Origin: an uncultured Chloroflexia bacterium | Lineage (GTDB): Bacteria; Chloroflexota; Limnocylindria; Limnocylindrales; CSP1-4 | Direction of reading: 5' to 3' | Assembly: GCA_963768655.1 (NCBI GenBank) | Contig: CAVYIM010000004.1 | Coordinates: 736,001-800,000, forward strand | Length of the DNA stretch: 64,000 nt | In this document: positions 9,255 to 19,405 of the stretch, piece by piece | Numbering within the stretch: the stretch's first letter is position 1 | How the letters are laid out: each line of letters starts with the position of its first letter | Position numbers and translations under genes: made by a program | Notes under the pieces: model-generated | Databases searched by the model: none | What the model saw: the letters and a program-made list of their open reading frames with translations, nothing else | What the model was told of the DNA's origin: nothing

Positions 9255-10013
9255 TCAAGGATTCAGGTCTTCGACCTCGCCCGTAGCCAGGAAAACCACG
9301 TCCTCCGCGATGTTCGTGACACGGTCGCCGATGCGCTCGAGGTAGTGCGCCGCGAACAGGATCCGCGTGCCGGGGTCGACCTTGGCCGGGTCGGTCCGCA
9401 TCTCGGCCAGGACGTCGTCGAAGCACTGGTGGTAGAGGCGATCGATCTCGTCGTCCCGAGCGGCCACCTCGCGGGCGCGCTTCTCGTCGATGTCGACCAG
9501 GGCCATCACGACGTCCCGGACCTGCCGGGCGGCAAGCGTCGCCATGGGAGTGAGCTCGTCGTAGGTCACCATGCTCACGATGCCGGCGAGCTTGCGAGCC
9601 TGCTTGGCCACAGACCCGGCGTGGTCGCCCATCCTCTCGAGTTCGTACGTAACCCGATCAAGGGCCAGCAGGAAGCGCAGGTCGCGCGCCACCGGCGCCT
9701 GGGTCGCGATCGTCATGGCCACCAGCGCCGACACGCCGCGCTGGACCTCGTTGATGCGACCGTCGGATACGATGACCTGTCGGGCCAGCTCCGCGTCGCG
9801 GTTCACGATCGACTCGAGCGCGGCCAGGATCTGCTCCTCGACATAGGTCCCCATTCGCAGAACGCCGTCCTTGACGTCCCTCATCTCCGTGTCGAGGCTC
9901 TCGCGCATGTGCTGGGCGTGTCGTTCCGCCTCGGACATCGCGTCGTCGAAGGCTGAGGTGGCAGTTCCGGATTCGGCAACCGGGGCGCCGGCCGCCCGAT
10001 CGAGTGACTGCAT
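9255..10013 (-). CDS. phoU: phosphate signalling protein PhoU
   Basis: IATQAPVARDLR, LERMGDH, DDEID, LERIGDRVTNIAE; alternative start 10043. Confidence 0.93.
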   Translation of the reverse strand: MQSLDRAAGAPVAESGTATSAFDDAMSEAERHAQHMRESLDTEMRDVKDGVLRMGTYVEEQILAALESIVNRDAELARQVIVSDGRINEVQRGVSALVAMTIATQAPVARDLRFLLALDRVTYELERMGDHAGSVAKQARKLAGIVSMVTYDELTPMATLAARQVRDVVMALVDIDEKRAREVAARDDEIDRLYHQCFDDVLAEMRTDPAKVDPGTRILFAAHYLERIGDRVTNIAEDVVFLATGEVEDLNP

Positions 10014-10039
10014 CGTCGACTCCTCGTGCTGCTGGGCGC

Positions 10040-10921
10040 TCATCCGAACCGCCCGGAGATGTAGTCCTCGGTCAGGCGCTCGTTGGGCCGGGTGAAGATG
10101 CGGCCGGTGGGGCCGACTTCGACGAGGTACCCGGCCCGGTCCTCGGCCATCGTGAAGAAGGCCGTGATGTCGCTCACGCGGGCTGCCTGCTGCATGTTGT
10201 GGGTGACGATGACGATGGTGTAGGCCTCGCGAAGCTCGCGCATCAGCTCCTCGATGCGGAGGGTCGAAACAGGGTCGAGAGCCGAGGCCGGCTCGTCCAT
10301 CAGGATGACCTCGGGGTCGGTCGCGAGGACCCGGGCGATGCAAAGGCGCTGTTGCTGGCCGCCCGAGAGGGCCAGGCCGGACTTTCGACGCAGGTCGTCC
10401 TTGACCTCGTCCCATAGCGCCGCCCGCTTGAGGCTGGTCTCGACCAGCTCGTCGAGCTTGCGTTTGTCGTTCTGGCCACGCCGCCGCGGGCCGTAGGCGA
10501 CGTTCTCGAAGATCGACATCGGAAACGGGTTGGGCCGCTGGAAGACCATGCCGACGCGGCGTCGGAGCTCGACGACGCTCACGTCCGGATCCATGACGTT
10601 CTCGCCGTCCAGGCAGACTTCGCCCCGAACGCTGGCTCCGGGGATGAGGTCGTTCATGCGGTTGAAGCAACGCAGGAACGTGCTCTTGCCGCTGCCCGAC
10701 GGGCCGATCAGGGCCAGTATCGAGCGCTCCTGGATGGTGAGCGACACGTCTCGCACGGCTACCTTTTCGCCATACGAGATCGACACGTGCTCCGTGGCGA
10801 TCTTCACTTCGGCCGGTTGTGCCGCCATGTCTTCGGCAACGCGGGACGCCGTCACCTCGACGCGCCGGAGTACGGGTTCTGGGTAGAGGGCGGTTGTGGG
10901 CATCTCGTCTCCGGTGCTCAT
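10040..10921 (-). CDS. pstB: phosphate ABC transporter ATPase
   Basis: [55 protein letters not shown]. Confidence 0.96.
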   Translation of the reverse strand: MSTGDEMPTTALYPEPVLRRVEVTASRVAEDMAAQPAEVKIATEHVSISYGEKVAVRDVSLTIQERSILALIGPSGSGKSTFLRCFNRMNDLIPGASVRGEVCLDGENVMDPDVSVVELRRRVGMVFQRPNPFPMSIFENVAYGPRRRGQNDKRKLDELVETSLKRAALWDEVKDDLRRKSGLALSGGQQQRLCIARVLATDPEVILMDEPASALDPVSTLRIEELMRELREAYTIVIVTHNMQQAARVSDITAFFTMAEDRAGYLVEVGPTGRIFTRPNERLTEDYISGRFG

Positions 10922-11874
10922 GCTGCGGTCAGCTTGCGGGTCAGGATGCGGCCGACGCCGCGCGCCCCGAGGTTGAATATCAGGACCATCGAGATGAGGA
11001 CGGCGGCGGAGCCGTCCACGATCTGGTTCTTGTAGGCGCCGAGGCCTTCGGAGTTGAGCTTGTAGATGTAGACCGAGAGGGTCGTGGCCGGCCGGAACGG
11101 GCTCCAGGGCGAGGCCGGGCTGAGCAGATCGAAGTTGGCGAAGTTGTAGTGGGGCGGCGTTCCGATCCCGGCCGTGAAGAGCAACACGGCGGCTTCGCCG
11201 AACACCCGGCCCGCGGTGAGGATCACGCCGGTTATCAGGCCGGGGATGGCGAGCGGTACCACCACGTGTCGGATGGTCTGCCACCTGGTAGCCCCGAGGG
11301 CGAGGCTGGCGGTGCGTTCCTCCTGGGGCACGGCCCGGAGCGCCTGTTCGGACAGGCGGGTCATGAGCGGCAGGTTGAAGAAAGTCAGGGCCAGCGCACC
11401 CGCCAGGGCAGTGAAGCCCCAGTGGGCGTCGTCGACGAAGAGGATCAAGCCGAACAGGCCCACCACGATCGATGGGACCGAGCTGATTGCCTCTTCGGCA
11501 AACCGGATGGCGCTGGTCACCGCGTTCTCGCCGGCGTATTCGGACATGTAGATGCCGCCCAGGACGCCCACGGGAACGGCGATCAGCATCGTCAGGACGA
11601 GCATGTAGCTCGAGTTCCACAGCACCGGCAGGATGCCGCCCAGCGCGGTCTCGCTCGGGTCGCTCAGGATGAAGCTCGGCGACACCACTCCCCACGCCGC
11701 GAGCGCGAAGTGGAGAAGGATGCTGCCGAGGATCAACAGGACCAGCATGCCCGTGCCCCACAGGGCCGCGGTCGCTGCCCGGTCGGCCAGGATGCTGCCC
11801 CGGGAGCCCTGGCGTCGCAGGCTGGGCTTCGGGCCGCTCGGGCGGGTGAGAGTCTGGCCGGCAGGCGCGGTCAC
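10918..11874 (-). CDS. pstA: phosphate ABC transporter permease
   Basis: [31 protein letters not shown]; operon context. Confidence 0.94.
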   Translation of the reverse strand: MTAPAGQTLTRPSGPKPSLRRQGSRGSILADRAATAALWGTGMLVLLILGSILLHFALAAWGVVSPSFILSDPSETALGGILPVLWNSSYMLVLTMLIAVPVGVLGGIYMSEYAGENAVTSAIRFAEEAISSVPSIVVGLFGLILFVDDAHWGFTALAGALALTFFNLPLMTRLSEQALRAVPQEERTASLALGATRWQTIRHVVVPLAIPGLITGVILTAGRVFGEAAVLLFTAGIGTPPHYNFANFDLLSPASPWSPFRPATTLSVYIYKLNSEGLGAYKNQIVDGSAAVLISMVLIFNLGARGVGRILTRKLTAA

Positions 11875-12851
11875 GAGGCAAACCTCCGCTTGTTGATCAC
11901 CCGTACCAGCACGACCGAGGTGATCGAGATCATCAGCAGGACCAGGCTCATGGTCCAGAGGGCGTCCTGCCAGGGCTCGCCGAAGACCGTGTTGCCCATG
12001 TCGAGCGTGATCTGCGAGGTCAGCGTCGTCAGCGGCTGGGTGATCGCCGCCGGCATCGTGGGCGAGTTACCGATGACCATCTGAACCGCGAGAGCCTCGC
12101 CGGCGGCTCGAGTCATGCCCAGAACCACGGCCGTCAGGACGCCGCTGAGAGCGGATGGCAGCAGGAGATGGCGGATCATCTGCCAGCGGGTGGTGCCCAG
12201 GGCCAGCGAGCCCGTTCGCAGCTCCTGGGGCACGGCGCGAAACGCGTCGTACGAGACGCTGGTGATCGTTGGCAGAACCATGATCGACAGCACCAGCGAG
12301 CCCGCCAGCCACGAGAAGCCGGTCAGGAACCCGGGCATGGCGAAGACCTGGCCCACGATCGGTAGTGAGATGACGAGGGGATCATGGAATGTGTCGGCCA
12401 GGAAGGGGACGAGAACCGTGATGCCGAGCCATCCCCACACCACGCTCGGAATGCCAACGAAGATCTCGAGGGACGGCTGCACGATTGCCTTGGCCCAGTT
12501 CGGCGCGACCTCAGAGAGGAACAGGGCGAGGCCTACCGACAGGGGCGTGGAGATCAACAGCGCCACGCCCGTCACGCAGATCGTGGCGGCGATGAAGGGC
12601 AGGAGGCCGAACTGTGGTCCGGCGTCGGCCAGAGGATCCCACGTCGGCGAGAAGATCTCACCGACGGACACTCCGTCCTTCACGAAGAGCTGGATGCCCT
12701 GCCAGGCTATGAATGTCATCAGCAGGGCGACGATGGCGATCATCGAGGCCGCCGCCAGGAACACGACACGCTGGGGAACGTCGATCCGTTCGAGCAGGCC
12801 CGGTCGGGCCCGCAGCCCGGTCAGGCTGTCAGTTGTCGCCAGTTGAGCCAT
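11871..12851 (-). CDS. pstC: phosphate ABC transporter permease
   Basis: [41 protein letters not shown]. Confidence 0.94.
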   Translation of the reverse strand: MAQLATTDSLTGLRARPGLLERIDVPQRVVFLAAASMIAIVALLMTFIAWQGIQLFVKDGVSVGEIFSPTWDPLADAGPQFGLLPFIAATICVTGVALLISTPLSVGLALFLSEVAPNWAKAIVQPSLEIFVGIPSVVWGWLGITVLVPFLADTFHDPLVISLPIVGQVFAMPGFLTGFSWLAGSLVLSIMVLPTITSVSYDAFRAVPQELRTGSLALGTTRWQMIRHLLLPSALSGVLTAVVLGMTRAAGEALAVQMVIGNSPTMPAAITQPLTTLTSQITLDMGNTVFGEPWQDALWTMSLVLLMISITSVVLVRVINKRRFAS

Positions 12852-12880
12852 CGGCACTGCCTCGACTCGATGAGTTCGTG

Positions 12881-12928
12881 AAAAGGGAAAGGCTCCGGGT
12901 CCCGATGCGAACGGCGGGACCCGGAGCG
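12881..12928 (-). terminator. GC-rich hairpin with U-tract between pstS and pstC
   Basis: GCTCCGGGTCCCG/CGGGACCCGGAGC 13-bp stem; minus strand continues TTTCCCTTTT. Confidence 0.7.
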
Positions 12929-12940
12929 GAGGAGAGGAAC

Positions 12941-13891
12941 CTACGACATGGAGACAGGGCCGTAGGAGTCCTTAGGGATGATCGTTCCCTGGACTTCGGG
13001 TCCCATCATGAAATCGAGGAAGGCGGCGGTCAGGCCGGTGGCCGCGCCCTTGGTGTAGAGGTTGCCGTCGGCGGCGAGCTTATACGTGCCGTTGCCGACG
13101 TTGGCGATGGTGGCGTTGACGCCGTCGAGTTGCAGGCCGTTGAGCAGAGGCTTGTTGGCCGGATCGTTGTAGTAGGAGAAGCCGATGACGCTGACGGCAC
13201 CGTTGGTCGTCGTGACCGCGGTCGTGACCGCGCCGTTCGAGTCCTCGGTCAGGGTCTGGCCGCCGGTGGCCTCAGTCGCGCCGCCGAGGACGATCTTCTT
13301 GAAGGTGGCTCGAGTGCCGGACGACTGCGGGCGGAAGATCAACACGATCGGGAGGTTCGGGCCGCCAACCTGGTTCCAGTTGGTGTCCACACCGGTCCAG
13401 ATGGCGATGTTCTGCTGGGTGGTCAGGTTGGTGACCCCAGTAACATCCAGGTTGGTGACGACGATCCAGCCCTGGCGGCAAACGACGTGGTCGACGAGCG
13501 TGTCGGCGTCGGGCGTTGCCAGCTTCGTGTTGGCGAGAACGTCGGACGCGCCGATCTGGACGGAGCCCGCATCCACCTGGCTGAGGCCGGTGCCGGAGCC
13601 GCCGCCGTTGACGGTGATCGTGGCGCCCGGGCAGGCTGCGTCATAGGCGGTCGCGGCGTCCTGGATCAGCGGCTGGAGGGCGGTCGAGCCCGCTGTCGTG
13701 ATGCTGCCGGCGACGCAGTTGACGGTGGCGGCCGCACTGGGGGCGGTGGTGGGGGCGGTGGTAGCTGCCGGTTGGGTGGCAGCCGGGGGGTTCGTGGGCG
13801 CCGGGCTCGGGGTCGCGCTGGCCGAACACCCGGCCAATATCACCGTGGCCGCGACGGCCAGCGCGCTGAAGCGACGCATTCCGTTTATCAA
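12941..13891 (-). CDS. pstS: phosphate-binding lipoprotein
   Basis: Lipobox LAGC, Pro/Thr/Ala linker, AGSTALQP, GGGSGTG, GASD, SSGTRATF. Confidence 0.94.
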   Translation of the reverse strand: MINGMRRFSALAVAATVILAGCSASATPSPAPTNPPAATQPAATTAPTTAPSAAATVNCVAGSITTAGSTALQPLIQDAATAYDAACPGATITVNGGGSGTGLSQVDAGSVQIGASDVLANTKLATPDADTLVDHVVCRQGWIVVTNLDVTGVTNLTTQQNIAIWTGVDTNWNQVGGPNLPIVLIFRPQSSGTRATFKKIVLGGATEATGGQTLTEDSNGAVTTAVTTTNGAVSVIGFSYYNDPANKPLLNGLQLDGVNATIANVGNGTYKLAADGNLYTKGAATGLTAAFLDFMMGPEVQGTIIPKDSYGPVSMS

Positions 13892-13958
13892 CTCAGTGTC
13901 TCCTCATCTGTTGGGCAACCGACGATCTCTTCCTGCTTCCAGGTTCCACCCGGATGGT

Positions 13959-13997
13959 CGGAACCCGGGCTTAACGCTGTGTTGGCGGTTCGTTAAC
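13959..13997 (-). promoter_or_regulatory. PHO-box-like array upstream of pstS
   Basis: Minus strand GTTAAC-N5-GCCAAC-N5-GTTAAG-N5-GTTCCG (11-bp period), overlapping the stop codon of the upstream regulator. Confidence 0.7.
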
Positions 13998-14801
13998 GTT
14001 CGAAGGGTTGTCCTCGTCCGCCGACGGCGGATCGAACAGGTACCCCGAGCCGCGCACAGTCAACAGGTGGGCGGGATTGGCCGGGTCGCGCTCGATCTTG
14101 GTCCGGAGCCAGAAGACGTAGACGTCGACCGTCCGCTCGTTCCCGGGGACGCCGCGCCACACGTTCTTGAGCAACTCCTCGCGAGAGAAGGCCCGACCTG
14201 GATGCAGGGCCAGGAATTCCAACAAGGCCAGCTCTTTGGGCCGGAGAGAGAGGAGGTGACCGTCGCGGCGGATCGCCCGGGCTCGCAGATCGAGCTCCAC
14301 GCCGGGACCGACCGGGACTCGCTGGCTCAACGGTTGTCCGGCGCCGGGCATGCGGCGACCCGCGATGGAGAGGCGGCCCACGACCTCCATCGGGTCCGAC
14401 GCGAGGTCGACTGCGTCGTCGAAGCCCAGTTCGAGGGCGTGGAGTCGGGCTGCAACGGCCTGATGCGAACTCAGAAGGACGGCACAGGAGCGGTGGTGAG
14501 TGGCCAGCCAGCCAGCGACGCGCTGCAGATCGCCCGGCCCGGCCGGCGGGGCGATCAGCACCACCAGGCTCGGCTCAACCTCCGCCAGAGCCTCGGCGAA
14601 GGCCATCGAGCTCTCCTCGACGCGCACTTCGATATCCGGAAACAGGCGCGTGAGATCGATCGGGCCGTCGGGGTCGGCGAGGGCCAGCCAGCCCGCAACG
14701 GATTCATTGTCCGGGGGCTCGGGCGCGGGCGGGATGCGGAGCCTGCCAACCGCGAGGGTGGCTTCGGCCGCGGCAGGGACGTCGCTGTGGGCCCGCATCA
14801 T
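13971..14801 (-). CDS. OmpR/PhoB-family winged-helix regulator with degenerate receiver domain
   Basis: LRPKELALL, FSREELL, ERTVDVYVFWLRTKIE, TVRGSGY; receiver reads SLVVLIAPP with no phospho-Asp. Confidence 0.85.
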   Translation of the reverse strand: MMRAHSDVPAAAEATLAVGRLRIPPAPEPPDNESVAGWLALADPDGPIDLTRLFPDIEVRVEESSMAFAEALAEVEPSLVVLIAPPAGPGDLQRVAGWLATHHRSCAVLLSSHQAVAARLHALELGFDDAVDLASDPMEVVGRLSIAGRRMPGAGQPLSQRVPVGPGVELDLRARAIRRDGHLLSLRPKELALLEFLALHPGRAFSREELLKNVWRGVPGNERTVDVYVFWLRTKIERDPANPAHLLTVRGSGYLFDPPSADEDNPSNVNEPPTQR

Positions 14802-14823
14802 CCGCCAAATCTGGCCAGGTGCT

Positions 14824-14851
14824 GTTAACGCCGTGTTCCAGCGACGTGAAC
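14824..14851 (-). promoter_or_regulatory. PHO-box-like array upstream of the atypical regulator
   Basis: Minus strand GTTCAC-N5-TGGAAC-N5-GTTAAC. Confidence 0.65.
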
Positions 14852-14951
14852 GTTGGGACAGGAGCTACGGCTGCGCGGCCGGAGTCATAGGCGACCAGGT
14901 GGGACCGCAGATCGCCGAGCCGCGAGACTCCGGCCCCCCCGACCGCCAAAC

Positions 14952-15593
14952 CTAGGCGTGGGTCACGACGATCCGCTCGATCAGGTCCGCGACGTCCTCG
15001 CACTTGTCTATGGTGTCTTCCAGGAGGGCGTAGACATCCTTCCATTTGAGGACGTCGATCGTCTTGGTCCCATCGTCGAAGAGGCCCGCTATGGCGGACC
15101 GGACCAGCCGATCGCCTTCGTTCTCCAGGCGGTGGATCTCGACCAGGAATGGCTCCAGGCCCTTGAAGCCGCGCAGATTGGAGAGGGCCTCGTGGAGCTT
15201 CTCGCAGGCCTGGACGATCAGCGCCGCCTGCTTGACCGCGGTCTTCGTGGGGGCCTCGATGCGATACAGGATGAACGTGTCGGCGACTTCCTCGATCAGA
15301 TCCAGGATGTCGTCCAGGCCGGCGATGAGGGCGTGGATCTCGTCGCGGTCGAAGGGGGTGACGAAGGTCTGCTCGAGGCGATGGCCGATGTCGTGGCTGA
15401 TCTCGTCGCCACGGTGCTCCGTCTCACGGATCTTCTTGGCGGCCTTGTCGACGTTGTCGTACGAACGAAGCATCGCCTCCAGCTGGCGAGCACCATCGAG
15501 GACATTCGCCGCATCCTGGACGAAGAGGTCGAAGAAGCGCTCTTCGCGCGGGATCAGTCGAAAAGACGGCACCTGTACCTCCGGGAGCGTCAC
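14952..15593 (-). CDS. DUF47 (PhoU-like) phosphate transport regulator
   Basis: LIPREERFFDLF, EHRGD, TFVTPFDRDEI, LENEGD, DKCEDVA. Confidence 0.9.
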   Translation of the reverse strand: MTLPEVQVPSFRLIPREERFFDLFVQDAANVLDGARQLEAMLRSYDNVDKAAKKIRETEHRGDEISHDIGHRLEQTFVTPFDRDEIHALIAGLDDILDLIEEVADTFILYRIEAPTKTAVKQAALIVQACEKLHEALSNLRGFKGLEPFLVEIHRLENEGDRLVRSAIAGLFDDGTKTIDVLKWKDVYALLEDTIDKCEDVADLIERIVVTHA

Positions 15594-16016
15594 CGTGCGT
15601 CCAGGGCCCGGGCGAGCTCCGGCCTGGGGGGACGCGCCTGCTTTCAGTACTGCCTAGGTTAGCGGCATGTGGGCGCGGCCGCCAGCGAGCCCCAGCTGGC
15701 GGCGCCGGTCCCACCTTCACTGTCGACATGTCGGCTCTGGCCATTGCCCCGAGTTCTAGACTCTTTGATAATGCGGCCCTCTCTCGTCCTCCGGAGGGCC
15801 GTTCCCCCGGGCCCCCGCTTCCTGTCCCCACCGGCGGCGGGGGCCGCGGTGTTTGGTGCCCGCAGATCCAGGTTTGGCCCCGTAGGAGTCATCGCCTCCG
15901 CGGCCGACCGACCGGCGCGGACGGTGAGTTTGGAAAACAACCGCTGGTCAGGGTGGTTCGCACCGCCCTTGGGCGTGGCGGGCTGCCTCATATCGCTGCC
16001 TGGGGACCTTTGTGCG

Positions 16017-16874
16017 CTACAGGCCGGCTACGAAACGGGCGAGAACACGTGCCAGCCGCGGCCCGGCGGCTTCGGCGGCCGCAAGTACCTCGGCGTGGTC
16101 CAACCGGGCCCCGGTCAGGCCGGCCGCAGGGTTGGTCACCAGCGAGATGCCGCAGACCCGCATGCCCGCCCAATGGGCCGCGATCGCCTCGAGCACCGTT
16201 GACATCCCCACGGCGTCGGCGCCGAGCCCACCGAGCATGCGGACCTCCGCCGGAGTCTCGTAGCTCGGACCTGGTAGACACGCGTACACACCCTCTTCGA
16301 GTCGGACCTCTTCGGCTGCCGCCGCATCGTGCAGCCGCCTTCGCAACGCCGCGTCCCAGACCTCGGTCATGTCCGGAAAGCGCGGCCCGATCTCCGGTGC
16401 ACCCGGACCGATAAGTGGGTGCCTCCCAGTGAGGTTCAGATGGTCGGCGATGACCATGAGCGTGCCGGCGCCATACCGGGGGTTGACGCCGCCGGCCGAG
16501 TTCGTGAGCACGACCGTCTTCGCACCGAGGCGGCCCATCAGGAGCACGGGCTGGACCACGAAACCGGCCGCGTGTCCCTCGTACAGGTGGAAGCGGCCCT
16601 GCTGGACGACGGCCGGCACGCCAGAGAGGCGCCCGAAGAGGAGCCGTCCGGCGTGGCCCGGTGCGGTCGCCGGCGGCCATCCCGGTAGCTCGGCGAACGG
16701 GATCGAGATCTCCAGCTCGAGTGCGTTGGCCAGGCCGCCAAGGCCGGAGCCGAGCACGAGGCCCAACCTCGGCCGAAGATCTGTACAGCTGCGAACGGCG
16801 CGCTCGAGCGCGCCGAGGCACGCCGGCTGATCGGCCGGCGATATCTCTCGCCCGAGCTCGACCGGTGAACTCAT
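16017..16874 (-). CDS. punA: purine nucleoside phosphorylase (trimeric type)
   Basis: LVLGSGLG, PGHAG, GRFHLYEG, TNSAGG, GPSYETPAE, VGMSTVLE, VTN.AAG. Confidence 0.92.
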   Translation of the reverse strand: MSSPVELGREISPADQPACLGALERAVRSCTDLRPRLGLVLGSGLGGLANALELEISIPFAELPGWPPATAPGHAGRLLFGRLSGVPAVVQQGRFHLYEGHAAGFVVQPVLLMGRLGAKTVVLTNSAGGVNPRYGAGTLMVIADHLNLTGRHPLIGPGAPEIGPRFPDMTEVWDAALRRRLHDAAAAEEVRLEEGVYACLPGPSYETPAEVRMLGGLGADAVGMSTVLEAIAAHWAGMRVCGISLVTNPAAGLTGARLDHAEVLAAAEAAGPRLARVLARFVAGL

Positions 16875-17341
16875 CAGCTCGCCTCGTCCAGGTTCTTTGC
16901 CCGGAAGGCCTGGGGGAGCAAGTCGCCCAGGCGGGCAGCCATCACGCGGTCGCCAACACTGGAGGCCGCGAAGATCGCCACGTCGGGACCGAACTCGGCC
17001 AAGAGCTGGCGGCAGATGCCGCACGGACTGGACGGCTCCGCCGTCGAAGTGACCACCACACAGGCTCGAATTGTCGTCTCGCCGGCGGCCACGGCCGCGA
17101 CGACCGCGCTCCGCTCGGCGCAGATCGTGGCCCCGTATGACGCCGACTCGACGTTGCACCCGGCGAACGCGGCGCCGCTGCCGCCGAGGACGGCCGCACC
17201 CACCTTGAACTTCGAGTAGGGAGCCCTGGCGCGTTCCTGGACAGTCAGAGCCAGGCGGAGCAGTTCGCTGAACTCGGGAAGAAGGGCGGCGGCCTCCGCC
17301 CGGTCGATCAGCTCTATCCCTCTTCCCGTCATGACGGACAC
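16874..17341 (-). CDS. cdd: cytidine deaminase
   Basis: APYSKFKVGAA, GCNVE, ICAER, SPCGICRQ. Confidence 0.94.
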   Translation of the reverse strand: MSVMTGRGIELIDRAEAAALLPEFSELLRLALTVQERARAPYSKFKVGAAVLGGSGAAFAGCNVESASYGATICAERSAVVAAVAAGETTIRACVVVTSTAEPSSPCGICRQLLAEFGPDVAIFAASSVGDRVMAARLGDLLPQAFRAKNLDEAS

Positions 17342-17420
17342 CTCACCTGCGACTGCCGTCCTGGAGTGATAGCGTCTGCGGCGACTACCGGGTCACTGCG
17401 GACGGAGGATAGGACGACCG

Positions 17421-18284
17421 ATGGACACCAGCGGCCCCAATCAGTCTCCGGCCAGGCGCCGGGCGGACGCTCCGACCAACGAGACTGGGGCACAGTACCA
17501 CCTGCATCTCTCGGCCGGTCAGATCCCTGCCACGGTGCTGATGCCCGGCGACCCGGGCCGGGTCGAGAGGATGCGGGCAACCTGGGACGGCGGCGTCGAG
17601 CTGGCCTTCCACCGCGAGTACCGCTCTGCGCGCGGGACGTTCAAGGGCGTGCCGATCGGCGCCATCTCCAGCGGTGTCGGGGCCCCGAGCCTGGAGATCG
17701 CTACTCACGAGTTCGCCGTCATCGGTGGCGAGACTGTGATCCGCGTCGGCACGACCGGCGCCCTTGAGGCCGAGATCCGGTGCGGCGACCTGATCGTCCC
17801 GACGGCTGCCGTCCGGCGCGACGGGACGGCCGATCGCTACCTGCCTCTCGAGCACCCGGCCTTCGCCGATCCCGAAGTCTCAATGGCGCTGATCGAAGCC
17901 TGTGAGCGACTCGGCTACGCATACCACGTCGGCATCGTCTGCAGCGTCGGCTCCTTCTATGTTGGCCAGGAGCGCCCGGTCAAGGGCGGTTTCTGGCAGA
18001 CGGCGGCCGATGGCCTGATCGAGGATCTTCGCAAAGCTGGCGTGGCCTGCCTGGAGATGGAGTGCTCGGCCCTGTTCGTGCTGGCGCGGCTGTTCGGGAT
18101 GCGCAGCGGCGCCATCCTCGGCGCGGTCGCCAACCGCCAGACGAACGAGTTCGGCGACTGCGGCGCCGAGGAGCGTGCCATCAACGCCGCCAACGAGGCC
18201 GTCGTCATCCTGGACGAATGGGGACGGCTCAAGACGGCGGCCGGTAAGGCGACCTTCTTCCCGTCGCTCCTCACGCGCGGCTGA
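17421..18284 (+). CDS. udp: uridine/nucleoside phosphorylase
   Basis: QYHL, MPGDPGRV, HREY, IRVGTTG, FYVGQER, LEMEC. Confidence 0.88.
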   Translation: MDTSGPNQSPARRRADAPTNETGAQYHLHLSAGQIPATVLMPGDPGRVERMRATWDGGVELAFHREYRSARGTFKGVPIGAISSGVGAPSLEIATHEFAVIGGETVIRVGTTGALEAEIRCGDLIVPTAAVRRDGTADRYLPLEHPAFADPEVSMALIEACERLGYAYHVGIVCSVGSFYVGQERPVKGGFWQTAADGLIEDLRKAGVACLEMECSALFVLARLFGMRSGAILGAVANRQTNEFGDCGAEERAINAANEAVVILDEWGRLKTAAGKATFFPSLLTRG

Positions 18285-18325
18285 GCCCGGCGGCCCGACG
18301 AGCGGCCCCGCAGTGGCGCCGACCC

Positions 18326-19405
18326 TCAGGTCGCCGACTCCCGTTCGTAGGGTTGGCCGTCCGCGGCCGGAGCGATGCTCCGCCCGATCAGCCCTGCCAG
18401 GATGATGATCGTGATGATGTAAGGAAGCGCCTCCCAGAACTCGCCCGGGACGTACCCCATCAGCTGGCCCAGGTCGCCGGTGGGCGGCGAGATCTGGAGC
18501 GACGTGCTGAGACCAGTGGCCGAGGCGAACAGCAGGGCGGCGCCGAAGGCCCCGAGCGGCGTCCAGCGGCCGACGATCATCGCCGCCAGGCCGATGAAGC
18601 CACGTCCGGCGGTCATGTCCGCGTTGAAGTTGTTGGTCTGCTCCATGCTCAACCAGGCGCCGCCGAGCGCAGCCAGAGCGCCCGACATCACGACGTTTCG
18701 ATAGCGAAGCCGGATCACGTCGATGCCGACCGTCTCGGCAGCCCGGGGGTGCTCACCAGCCGCCCGCGTACGCAGGCCCCAGCGAGATCGGAACAGCATG
18801 ACCTGCAGGAAGATCACGATTACGATCGTCGTCAGGCCGATCGGGCCCTGGCTGAACACCGCGTTGATCAGCCAGCCCACCACCGGCAGATTGGCCACCT
18901 GGCTCGGAACCTGGAACTGGGCGAAGCTGCCGGCGCTGGTCGGCGCCTGGGAAGCGATGAGTGTGTAGAGGTAGCCGGTCACCCCGGCGGCGCCGATGTT
19001 GATGATCGTGCCGCTGATGATCTGGTCGACCCGCATCGAGATCGCCAGCCAGGCGTGCAGCAGTGACACGGCCATGCCGACCAGGATGGCCGCCGCCAGG
19101 CCCATGAGGAGCGGCAGGGTGATGCCGAAGAACGGCAGGGGCGTGCCGGCGCCCAGCACTCCTGAGGCAGCGACGCCGACTACCCAGCCGACGAACGCCG
19201 CCGACAGCATGATGCCCTCGATGCCGATGTTGACCACGCCCGAACGCTCGCACATGACGCCGGTCAGGGCGGCCAGCGTGATCGGTACCGCGACGGCGAC
19301 CGTGGTCTGTGACATGTAGCCCAAATTCGCGAGCATGTAACCGAGGAACTGGAAGAGGAGGCCGAGGACCGGCAGGGCATCCAGGGCTTGCGGGACGCCG
19401 TTCAT
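18326..19405 (-). CDS. nucleoside/sugar ABC transporter permease (YufQ/NupQ-like)
   Basis: ERSGVVNIGIEG, GLRTRAAGEHP, GRGFIGLAA, ALPYI. Confidence 0.9.
   Translation of the reverse strand: MNGVPQALDALPVLGLLFQFLGYMLANLGYMSQTTVAVAVPITLAALTGVMCERSGVVNIGIEGIMLSAAFVGWVVGVAASGVLGAGTPLPFFGITLPLLMGLAAAILVGMAVSLLHAWLAISMRVDQIISGTIINIGAAGVTGYLYTLIASQAPTSAGSFAQFQVPSQVANLPVVGWLINAVFSQGPIGLTTIVIVIFLQVMLFRSRWGLRTRAAGEHPRAAETVGIDVIRLRYRNVVMSGALAALGGAWLSMEQTNNFNADMTAGRGFIGLAAMIVGRWTPLGAFGAALLFASATGLSTSLQISPPTGDLGQLMGYVPGEFWEALPYIITIIILAGLIGRSIAPAADGQPYERESAT

Noticed and set aside
15659-15991. 110-aa ORF upstream of DUF47
   Set aside because: No motifs, atypical codon usage, no convincing RBS
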